DNA of 41,054 bases, taken from the sequence record SRR22947727_2720. One strand, 5' to 3'. Both the position numbers and the translations under genes were made by a program. Below are positions 9,348-17,065 of the stretch, piece after piece. The notes beneath the pieces are model-generated. The model saw nothing but the letters and a program-made list of their open reading frames with translations, made no database searches and was not told the origin of the DNA. Each line of letters starts with the position of its first letter. Positions within the stretch are counted from its first letter, which is position 1.

Positions 9348-10734
9348 ACCCTAAAATTTTAAGCATCTGAGATGCTTCTTGTTGTTGTGAAAATAATGAA
9401 GTGGTTAAATTCCCCTGAGCGTCTTTCTGAATTAAAACGTGTTTGGGGGTTGGAATTAGACAGTGTTGTAAGCCTCCAAAGCCTCCTATGGATTCTTGGT
9501 ATGCACCTGTGTTAAAAAAACCAATATAAAGGGGCTTTTCTTTTTTAAATACAGGCAGGTAAATGGCGTTCATATTCTGCTCTGAATTGTAATAATCGTC
9601 GCTGTCACAGGTAAGACCACCTAAAAGTACCCGCTCGTATTCGTCTTGCCACCTGTTAATAGGTAGCATTATGAATCGCTTATTTATGGCCCAAGTATCT
9701 GGGAGGGTTGTAATAAATGAAGAGTCTATCATATTCCATTTCTCCCTATCATTCTGCTGTTTCTGATACAACACCTGATAAATTGCGCCACCACTCTCAC
9801 CCACTGTAAAGCTTCCAAATTCAGTGAAAATGTGCGGCACAGGGACGTCTGCCTCTGCACAAATGGCATTGATCTGGTTTAAGATTTCCTCTATCATATA
9901 GGCGTAGTCATATTCAAAAGCCAAAGAGTTTTTAATAGGAAAACCACCACCAATATTGAGACTGTCTAGACTTGGGCATATTTTTTTAAGGCGTACATAC
10001 ACCTTTAAACACTTGCTTAACTCATTCCAATAATAGGCATTGTCCCCAATACCTGTATTAATAAAAAAGTGTAGCATTTTTAATTCCACTTTATCATTGC
10101 CTATTATTTGGTCTTCGTAAAAAGGAACAATATTTCGGTAACCAATGCCTAATCGAGAAGTATAAAACTCAAACTTTGGTTCTTCTTCAGAAGCAATTCG
10201 AATCCCTATTTTATAGTCTCCATCTATTTTCTCTGACAAGAGAGAAATCTCTTCGTAATTGTCAATGATAGGAATACAATTCTCGTGGCCGGAATTAATG
10301 AGTCTGGCAATATTATCTACATATTGTGCCCTTTTAAATCCGTTGCAAATCACAAAAGTATCTGGCTTTATTTTACCCGCTTCTTTGAGCGATTCCACTA
10401 TATTGATGTCAAAAGCAGAAGAAGTTTCAATGTGAATATCATTGCTGAGGGCTTCTTCTAAAACATGTTTAAAATGAGCACTTTTGGTGCAGTAACAATA
10501 ATAGTACTTCCCTTTATAATCATTTTTTTTAATCGCATTGTCGAACCATCCTTTAGCACGCTGGATGTTTTCAGAAATTTTGGGTAAATAAGTAAATTTT
10601 AATGGGGTGCCGTATTGGGCCACCAATTTTTCTAATTCAATGCCATGAAAACGCAGGTTTTCGTCTTCTAGGGTGAATTCTTCTTGTGGAAAATAATAAC
10701 TCTGGTGTATTAGATCTATGTATTTAATATTCAT
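9334..10734 (-). CDS. speA: Arginine decarboxylase (fold-type III PLP enzyme, short Bacteroidota form)
   Basis: YCYCTKS (PLP Lys), ICNGFK, LNIGGGFP, FTEFGSFTV, SFITTLPDTW, GLTCDSDD, FFNTGAYQE. Adjacent to agmatinase. Confidence 0.92.
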   Translation of the reverse strand: MNIKYIDLIHQSYYFPQEEFTLEDENLRFHGIELEKLVAQYGTPLKFTYLPKISENIQRAKGWFDNAIKKNDYKGKYYYCYCTKSAHFKHVLEEALSNDIHIETSSAFDINIVESLKEAGKIKPDTFVICNGFKRAQYVDNIARLINSGHENCIPIIDNYEEISLLSEKIDGDYKIGIRIASEEEPKFEFYTSRLGIGYRNIVPFYEDQIIGNDKVELKMLHFFINTGIGDNAYYWNELSKCLKVYVRLKKICPSLDSLNIGGGFPIKNSLAFEYDYAYMIEEILNQINAICAEADVPVPHIFTEFGSFTVGESGGAIYQVLYQKQQNDREKWNMIDSSFITTLPDTWAINKRFIMLPINRWQDEYERVLLGGLTCDSDDYYNSEQNMNAIYLPVFKKEKPLYIGFFNTGAYQESIGGFGGLQHCLIPTPKHVLIQKDAQGNLTTSLFSQQQEASQMLKILGYEQE

Positions 10735-10745
10735 TATAGCAAATT

Positions 10746-10782
10746 AAAAATTAAAGAAAGGCCAAGAATTCGTATTCCTGAC
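10746..10782 (-). terminator. Terminator/attenuator-like hairpin in the speA leader
   Basis: Minus strand GUCAGGAAU-ACGA-AUUCUUGGC (9 bp including two G-U pairs), followed by CUUUCUUUAAUUUUU. The stem ends 26 nt before the speA ATG. Confidence 0.45.
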
Positions 10783-10813
10783 GCTAAAAAAAAAATGAAT
10801 TGCAATAAGGGTA

Positions 10814-10981
10814 TTAGATATTGATCTGACGCGCAGTGGTGGGTACAAAAAAGTACTCGTGCTGGCTTTGCACGATAGCGGATAAGGAAGTTCGCTTTAA
10901 ATTTTGGTTGCCTATCTGATAAGCAGCGTCTAGAAAACACTTCGGATTTTCTAATTGCCCCAACATAGAAACACTTTTCAT
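10814..10981 (-). CDS. Putative 55-aa leader peptide (uORF) of the speA operon: MKSVSMLGQLENPKCFLDAAYQIGNQNLKRTSLSAIVQSQHEYFFVPTTARQINI
   Basis: Hand-translated: ATG at 10981, TAA at 10816-10814, 79 nt before speA. Shorter than any ORF in the track. A -7-like TTCATTTG lies about 25 nt upstream. Confidence 0.65.
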   Translation of the reverse strand: MKSVSMLGQLENPKCFLDAAYQIGNQNLKRTSLSAIVQSQHEYFFVPTTARQINI

Positions 10982-11240
10982 GATGTTCAGCTAAATGCCA
11001 CAACAAATGAAAACAAAAAATCTGAAAAAAAAGCGGCTTTTAAAAAGATTTAGAAAAAAAAGGGCATCGCCCAATTTTATTGGGCTAAAAGGAAAAAAAT
11101 TGCGCTTTAGACCCTATTTTAATAAAAAAAGGACGCAATAACAGGAAAAAAAGTCGAGTAAAGTGCGGCATTTCACAAAAAAAATCAACATCTGCTCTTT
11201 TTTAAGTCGTGCCCTGTAACTATCTTTAAAAGAAAAAACC

Positions 11241-11729
11241 ATGAAAAACAGAAGAGAATTTCTAAAAACCACCTGCCCTACTGTGGCATTTGCTTTCTTT
11301 GGCGTGTCGCTTATCCAAGCCTGTTCCTCCTCAGAAGATCCTATGCCCACTGTTCCTACAAACAATGGACAAACCAATACGGATACGGCCGGTGTCACCC
11401 AAAATGGCAATACCATTACCATTGATCTAAACGCATCTAATTTTTCTGGATTGGCCTCCGTTGGCAGCTGGATGAATCTCACCTCCGCAGGTGTACTACT
11501 TTTAAGGGTAAGCACTGACACCATTAGGGCTTTTGACAATTGCTGTCCGCATCAAGGCACCAGAACCCAGTGGAGCTATGGAAACAACACCTTTAACTGT
11601 GCAAACCACGGCAATAGCTTTGGTACGGGAGACAACACTGCTGCTTGTAATTCAGACGCTAGCAGCGGAGATTTGGTCAGTTACACTTCAAGTATCTCGG
11701 GCAATACATTGACTATTAATAAAGCTTAA
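11241..11729 (+). CDS. Tat-exported Rieske [2Fe-2S] lipoprotein
   Basis: RREFLK Tat motif, LIQAC lipobox, CPHQG and CANHG ligand boxes. TATCTTTA -7-like box at 11221. Confidence 0.88.
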   Translation: MKNRREFLKTTCPTVAFAFFGVSLIQACSSSEDPMPTVPTNNGQTNTDTAGVTQNGNTITIDLNASNFSGLASVGSWMNLTSAGVLLLRVSTDTIRAFDNCCPHQGTRTQWSYGNNTFNCANHGNSFGTGDNTAACNSDASSGDLVSYTSSISGNTLTINKA

Positions 11730-11753
11730 TTTATTCTCGAACAATTCGTTGTA

Positions 11754-13034
11754 TTAATCAATTTCAAAATTAACGCCAAGGGCAGTTTGATCAAATTGCA
11801 AGCCGTTGCTTCTGTTGTAATGAATGTAGCGTAGCTCAATAGATTTTAAGCCAATTTTCCACAGGGAGAATTGGCTCAATAGGTCTTTATAGCGTACCCC
11901 AAAACCCCACTGTTGGCTGGTAAAAGAGGCAAGATCAAAGTCTGAAGTGTAATATTGTGCGCTGCTCGTAGCCATTTCTTTGGGATAGAAATAATCTGCT
12001 GCGCTTTGGCTGTAATGTCTAAAACTGGGAAAAAGCGCCCAATTTAATCCCAAACTAATGGGTAATTCTATCTCTGCGGTAAGTCCAGATACTCCCCAAG
12101 AATCGTTGTAGTACCTTGCGTAAGACCTCAGTATAATGGCATCTGAAATATAGTAGTTTAGTCTTGCGCCTACAGGGTATTTGTAACGGTAAAATGGGAG
12201 GCGTTCTACATTGTCTGCCAATTGAAAATCATCTATGAAAAAATCAGGTTTGTCTGCAAAATAAACCCTTTGCAAAGGGGAAGACAATAGGCCTTCTTGC
12301 ATTACGGCGTCTATAAATAATGACGCTTGCATTTTTGCGGTTAAGATTTGGGCTACATTAAAACTCAGGGCATAGGTGTTGCGCTTGGCTTGGCTAAATG
12401 CGGCAAAATCATTGGTGTAAGTGCCTTCTCCTCTAATATTTCCATTAAAAAACCCAGTCCTCAATTCTATAGGGTACTGCGGATCATGCTGGTCTAAATA
12501 CACCTGCACATTGAGCCCTACTTCTGTATTTTTCTCATTGTATAATTTGCTTACACCAGCGCCAAACCCAAAAGATTGATAGTCATATTCTTTGGATACG
12601 GCCAGTGAGGCGTTATAAATGGTATTCCTGTCTGCGCTAAAATGGGCATAGGAGGGGTTAAAGTGTGCCAAAACGTCTGATCTTGATGGACCTGAAGAGG
12701 CTACCCAAGGGCTGGCAGGTTCATTTCCGTCCAGGGGGTTTACATTGCTGGAAGAGGCAGAAGTATACGCAGATAGGCCGGTGTCTACTGTTAAAATCCC
12801 GTCCGATCCTATAGGCATTTGCACCACTATAGTTGGGGCGGCGTCTGTGAGGGCCTCTGTGCCCTCACCGCCAGTTACTGCGGCATTATTCCCATCTTGG
12901 GTGTAATAGCTAAATAAAGTTTGCACCGCCACTTTTTCCAGCACTTTCTTTGTGTAACTGGCCGGCTGTTCTTGGCTCCACAGGATTTGGATGCCAATGG
13001 CTAAAAATAAAATGGGGCTTAAAATTTGCTTCAT
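11754..13034 (-). CDS. DUF3570-like outer-membrane protein, probable ApbE flavinylation substrate
   Basis: Signal peptide, SYYTQDGNNAAVTGGEGTE, SAYTSASS, EYDYQSFGFG, GLLSSPLQRVYF, ERLP, beta-strand C-terminus. Downstream of apbE. Confidence 0.85.
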   Translation of the reverse strand: MKQILSPILFLAIGIQILWSQEQPASYTKKVLEKVAVQTLFSYYTQDGNNAAVTGGEGTEALTDAAPTIVVQMPIGSDGILTVDTGLSAYTSASSSNVNPLDGNEPASPWVASSGPSRSDVLAHFNPSYAHFSADRNTIYNASLAVSKEYDYQSFGFGAGVSKLYNEKNTEVGLNVQVYLDQHDPQYPIELRTGFFNGNIRGEGTYTNDFAAFSQAKRNTYALSFNVAQILTAKMQASLFIDAVMQEGLLSSPLQRVYFADKPDFFIDDFQLADNVERLPFYRYKYPVGARLNYYISDAIILRSYARYYNDSWGVSGLTAEIELPISLGLNWALFPSFRHYSQSAADYFYPKEMATSSAQYYTSDFDLASFTSQQWGFGVRYKDLLSQFSLWKIGLKSIELRYIHYNRSNGLQFDQTALGVNFEID

Positions 13035-13037
13035 GTT

Positions 13038-13244
13038 TTAATTACAGCCGCAGCCGCCTCCCATTTTACCTCCGTTTGCACCCGCTGCACCTTCCCTGTA
13101 AATATGGCTGCTAATGTCTGCCTTACAGATTCCCCTAGCACTCAAGGCCATGTCTTCTGCGTTTATGTATACTTTTTCGTACTCTTTTACAGCCACACAT
13201 GAGGAAAACATTAGAAGGACTGCAACAATGAATAGGTATTTCAT
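13038..13244 (-). CDS. DUF4266-like small lipoprotein
   Basis: FSSC lipobox, VKEYEK, YREGAAGANGGKMGGGCGCN C-terminus. Start at MKYLF (13244) preferred. Confidence 0.88.
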   Translation of the reverse strand: MKYLFIVAVLLMFSSCVAVKEYEKVYINAEDMALSARGICKADISSHIYREGAAGANGGKMGGGCGCN

Positions 13245-13249
13245 AGGGT

Positions 13250-14242
13250 TTACTTTTTTGTATTTGCCCACTGAATATTTGGGCTGTGGTGTATGTTATT
13301 TTCTGCATCTACAATAATACAGGACATGCCTGGCAACTGGGAAATAGTGTCTATTCCTGTGTCTATACCCATAATAAAAACTGCAGTGGCAAAGGCGTCG
13401 GCTAATTCTGCTTTTGGCGCAAATACCGTTACAGATTTTATTCCTGAAACCGGTATGCCCGTTCTGGGGTCCATTATATGGCTGTACCGCTTGCCCTCTA
13501 AAGTTACGTATTTTTCATAATTTCCAGATGTAGCTACTGCAGCGTCCCTTACGGGAAACCAAGAAAATACTTTTGCAGGGTTTTCAGGATTGCTTATACC
13601 TACTTGCCAATCCGTTCCATCTGGCTTTTTTCCCCAGCTGGTAAGGTCTCCAGAGGCATTAATTATACCTGAAGACACCCCTAAAGATTTCATGAGTTTT
13701 TTTGTAGCGTCTGCAGCATAGCCTTTTCCTATAGCCCCAAACCCAATTTTCATGCCTTTTTTTGGCAAGTAAACAGTCTGTTCTTTGGCATTTAAGACCA
13801 AATCTTTAAAACCTATGTTTTGGACAGATTTTAAGCGTTCGGACTCACTTGGAACCGCTTTCATTCGCCCGTCAAAAAACCAAACTGGGTCTAAGGCGGC
13901 GTAGCTAATGTCAAAGGCTCCCTGGGTAATTTTAGATATTTCTATACTTCTAGCGATAAGGTCGTAGAGTTCTTTGGCTACCTTAACAGGCGTTATGCCT
14001 GCCTGTCTGTTAATTTCTGCTGTTTGAGAATTAGCGTCCCAAGAGGAAATGAGCCGCTCTATTCTTTCAATTTCACCTTGGGCAGCATTTAAATACTGGT
14101 TGGCTGCTTCTTGGGTACTCACCAGTGTAATTTCAAAACGAGTACCCATTAGTTTTGCGGTACGGGAGACAATCTGCTCTTGTGAAAAACAAAGGCAGGG
14201 AATGGCAATGAATAGCAGTAGCTTTAAATGTCTTTTACTCAT
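13250..14242 (-). CDS. apbE: FAD:protein FMN transferase
   Basis: LMGTRF, TQGAFDIS, IGFGAIGKGYAAD, NASGDL, AVATSGNYE, YSHIMDPRTG, ADAFATA. Confidence 0.95.
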   Translation of the reverse strand: MSKRHLKLLLFIAIPCLCFSQEQIVSRTAKLMGTRFEITLVSTQEAANQYLNAAQGEIERIERLISSWDANSQTAEINRQAGITPVKVAKELYDLIARSIEISKITQGAFDISYAALDPVWFFDGRMKAVPSESERLKSVQNIGFKDLVLNAKEQTVYLPKKGMKIGFGAIGKGYAADATKKLMKSLGVSSGIINASGDLTSWGKKPDGTDWQVGISNPENPAKVFSWFPVRDAAVATSGNYEKYVTLEGKRYSHIMDPRTGIPVSGIKSVTVFAPKAELADAFATAVFIMGIDTGIDTISQLPGMSCIIVDAENNIHHSPNIQWANTKK

Positions 14243-14675
14243 TGGCTACCATGGCTTTGAGCTTATTTGTATATGCCTCTGGAGAGATATTTAAATATGC
14301 GGTCTGTCCTAAAACTTCTTTTTTAGCAGACAGCATCACCACTAAAGGAAAATACCCCTTAGCATTGAACTGTGCTGCCAATTGCTTATTTTGGGTGGCA
14401 AGGGGCTCAGGAAGTTGGTTGGCTTTACGCCTTGGAAAATCTGCTTTGTACAGCACTAAATGATCTTTAGCAAAGGCTTGAAAGACTTGGGTGCTCCATA
14501 TATCTCTGTCTAATTTAATACATGGGGCACACCAATCAGAGCCGGAAAAAACCAATAATATGGGTTTGTTTGTGGTTTCTGAAGTTTTAGTGGCTACTTC
14601 CCAACTGGGTTGCCAATCTTGAGCCATTAGCGTTGTGCCACAAAACACTAAAAATAATAAAACTGCTTTTTTCAT
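14235..14675 (-). CDS. Exported thioredoxin-like protein
   Basis: Signal peptide, FSGSDWCAPC, ADFP, GYFP. Confidence 0.9.
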   Translation of the reverse strand: MKKAVLLFLVFCGTTLMAQDWQPSWEVATKTSETTNKPILLVFSGSDWCAPCIKLDRDIWSTQVFQAFAKDHLVLYKADFPRRKANQLPEPLATQNKQLAAQFNAKGYFPLVVMLSAKKEVLGQTAYLNISPEAYTNKLKAMVANE

Positions 14676-14679
14676 AGGT

Positions 14680-15114
14680 TTATGGGGCTAATATGGACAG
14701 CATTTGATCTTGTAATTGTGTGGGGTAAATAAGCAAGCCTTTAGAGGCATCTGAATTTAACCCAACTCCTTGCTGGGTAAACCTTGCACCATGCTCTTTA
14801 CAATAAAATTCGTCGTTTCTAAAAATCACTTGCTTAAGGGTTTTGTGGCTACACACCTGAGTGGCTGCAACGTATTTCCCTTGTTGATTGACCGCAATGA
14901 CCACGGTGTTTTTAATAATATAATCTCCTGGACTTTTTAAGGTTTGACCCTCTGAATTGTTTAAATCAATAGAGAAAAGGACTCCGTTGGCATCTGGTAT
15001 TAGGGCCTGATCTGCCATCCCGTTTTCTGCTTCTAAACAACCACTTAAACAACTAAAAGTGAGTGTTAAAGCAGCGCCTTGTCCAATAGATTTCATGAAT
15101 TCTTTACGCTCCAT
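14680..15114 (-). CDS. Tat-type Rieske [2Fe-2S] lipoprotein
   Basis: ERKEFMK (RK variant Tat motif), LSGC lipobox, CSH and CKEHGARF boxes. Confidence 0.85.
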   Translation of the reverse strand: MERKEFMKSIGQGAALTLTFSCLSGCLEAENGMADQALIPDANGVLFSIDLNNSEGQTLKSPGDYIIKNTVVIAVNQQGKYVAATQVCSHKTLKQVIFRNDEFYCKEHGARFTQQGVGLNSDASKGLLIYPTQLQDQMLSILAP

Positions 15115-15337
15115 CTAAGTAATTTTTATATAAAAGTAAGGCAAACAGTTCTTCTAACCCACTAACAGTGTGTTAAATAACACTATTTATAATGACGCTT
15201 ATAAACATTTTAAACACCATTGGTCTAAACAAAATATCCTTTAAACCTTACTATGAAACACCCAAACAGAACTTATTAAAATTTAAATCGGTATTTGAAA
15301 ATTTAAAAGCTTGATTTTCATATATTTATATTCCAAA

Positions 15338-15586
15338 ATGATCAAGAAGAAACAAATACAAGCGGGGCAAGACCCCATAAAAAATGCCCTCAAAGGGATT
15401 GATCTTCTTCAATTAGTTTTTTTTTACCGACAGTTAAGCAAACTAAAATCCAATAGGGAATCTTACCACATTGAATTTGTACTTAAATCATGTTACTCTG
15501 AATTGGCTCCATTTGAAATGGAAGAAATTGAAAAATTTGTTGCTGAATTCATCTCACAAAGTGCAAGCAAAACATCGGAACTTTAG
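15338..15586 (+). CDS. Small hypothetical protein
   Basis: ORF with A-rich ATG at 15338 (track uses TTG at 15311). No recognised motif. Confidence 0.45.
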   Translation: MIKKKQIQAGQDPIKNALKGIDLLQLVFFYRQLSKLKSNRESYHIEFVLKSCYSELAPFEMEEIEKFVAEFISQSASKTSEL

Positions 15587-15627
15587 AATTAAATACCTAA
15601 TTTAGGCCTGCCTTAAAGCAATCAATA

Positions 15628-15699
15628 GGCCTCATAGTTCAACGGATAGAATAGAAGTTTCCTAAACTTTAGATCCAGGTTCGATTCCTGGTGAGGTCA
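15628..15699 (+). tRNA. tRNA-Arg (anticodon CCT), CCA not encoded
   Basis: Acceptor stem GGCCTCA/TGAGGTC, D-arm GTTC...GAAT, anticodon arm GAAGT-TTCCTAA-ACTTT, T-arm CCAGG-TTCGATT-CCTGG. Confidence 0.97.
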
Positions 15700-15717
15700 C
15701 GCAATTTAAAGTAGTCT

Positions 15718-16311
15718 ATGGAAGTCTTACATACCCTATCCCAAACTTTTTCATTTTTTGAATTATTAGAACGCTTTGTTTTAAACTTCGTTTTCACCGC
15801 AGTAATTATTCGCTTTATCTATTATAAATACGCCCAAAACAAGGCTTATATGTTTACTTATTTTATGATAAGTACGGTGGTTTTCCTACTGTGCTATTCA
15901 CTAAAGAGAAATGAACTGGACATTGGCCTAGCCTTGGGTCTCTTTGCTGTTTTTGGAATTATTCGCTATAGAACGGACACCATTGACATTAAAGAAATGA
16001 CCTACCTCTTTGTAATTATTGGTGTGGCTGTAATTAATGCCCTTTCTTCAGATGCTGTTGGCTTGGGAGAAATATTATTTGGTAATGTTGCGGTAGTTTT
16101 AATGCTCCTCATTTTAGAGAGGGTCATGAAAGCACCACTTTTACTTCAACAACAGGAAATTATTATTCCCTATTCTGAATTGGTAAAACCCGATCATAGA
16201 AGTGCTTTAATTACCTCTTTGGGGGCAGAAACCGGCCTAGATATTAAAAAAGTGCAGATTGGAAAAATTGACCTACTCACCCAAAGTGTTAAAGTAACAC
16301 TCTTCTATTAA
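15718..16311 (+). CDS. DUF4956-like membrane protein
   Basis: LDIGLALGLFAVFGIIRYRTDTIDIKEMTYLF signature, several transmembrane segments. Confidence 0.88.
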   Translation: MEVLHTLSQTFSFFELLERFVLNFVFTAVIIRFIYYKYAQNKAYMFTYFMISTVVFLLCYSLKRNELDIGLALGLFAVFGIIRYRTDTIDIKEMTYLFVIIGVAVINALSSDAVGLGEILFGNVAVVLMLLILERVMKAPLLLQQQEIIIPYSELVKPDHRSALITSLGAETGLDIKKVQIGKIDLLTQSVKVTLFY

Positions 16312-16330
16312 CATCCTGACTGTATAACTT

Positions 16331-16996
16331 ATGAGGTTTCAACTATTTCTATTTTTAATGGTCCTAATGACCAAAGCTGGTTTTGCTCAAAATAAGGAGC
16401 TCGCCATCTGGACTGCTGCCAGCAGTTCTTTTGAGCTCTCTGATCGCATTAATGTAGACGGAGCACTAGCCTTTAGAAGCAATGCTGGATTGGGTGCTAT
16501 TTCCAGATATTTTGGAGAGGCGCGTATGGGCTACAAATTGTCTAGATCATTTAATGGAAGTGCCGGTATTCGTTACGGAACCCTTTTAGATCGCAGTGGT
16601 GGTTTGCAAGGAGATTTTACTTTCTACAGGTTTTTTGGAGACCTCAAACACAAGGCCTCATGGCGCCAATTAAGGTTTAAACAACGACTGCGTTTCCAAC
16701 AAGACACAGAGAAGAAACAAGGAACGCGAATAGAAAATCACTTGAGGTATAAAACGGCTGTTGAATTTAAAATTCCCAACTGGAAAGCAGATCCACAGCT
16801 GTCCGTTGAATTTTTTAAACCCTTAGGAAGCAATAACATAAGTGGATTTGACCGCATGCGTTACAAAATTCAAACAGATCTAACAGTAGTAGGAAACGCT
16901 CTAACACTCGCTTATTTTATAGACAGAGACACCCCTCTAAACACAGCAGCTATAAATAGTCATATGTTGGGACTATTTTATGATTTGGATTTCTAG
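16331..16996 (+). CDS. DUF2490-like outer-membrane beta-barrel protein
   Basis: Signal peptide, FKQRLRFQ, HLRYK, FDRMRY, C-terminal YDLDF. Confidence 0.75.
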   Translation: MRFQLFLFLMVLMTKAGFAQNKELAIWTAASSSFELSDRINVDGALAFRSNAGLGAISRYFGEARMGYKLSRSFNGSAGIRYGTLLDRSGGLQGDFTFYRFFGDLKHKASWRQLRFKQRLRFQQDTEKKQGTRIENHLRYKTAVEFKIPNWKADPQLSVEFFKPLGSNNISGFDRMRYKIQTDLTVVGNALTLAYFIDRDTPLNTAAINSHMLGLFYDLDF

Positions 16997-17065
16997 TACT
17001 TTATTTTTCGGAACTATACACATAATCCGCCTGCTTGTATTTTTAGGCTAGAAAAACCAAACATC

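Noticed and set aside
10734-11006. Track ORF (90 aa, TTG start) as an independently initiated gene
   Set aside because: The TTG overlaps the putative -7 box and no motif is recognisable. The ATG-started 55-aa frame is the better leader candidate, so this ORF is kept only as a possible frameshift continuation.
10735-11010. Known riboswitch (SAM, lysine, guanidine, TPP) in the speA leader
   Set aside because: I could not match any consensus core by eye. An Rfam/Infernal scan would settle it.
11114-11539. 141-aa minus ORF and the other short antisense or nested ORFs in the track (e.g. 1172-1426, 18119-18475, 26957-27307, 29207-29533, 36120-36524, 39895-40140)
   Set aside because: Shadow frames of well-supported genes with no motifs of their own.
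15628-15699. tRNA-anchored genomic island or prophage
   Set aside because: No integrase or transposase, and I saw no duplicate of the tRNA 3' end in the window.
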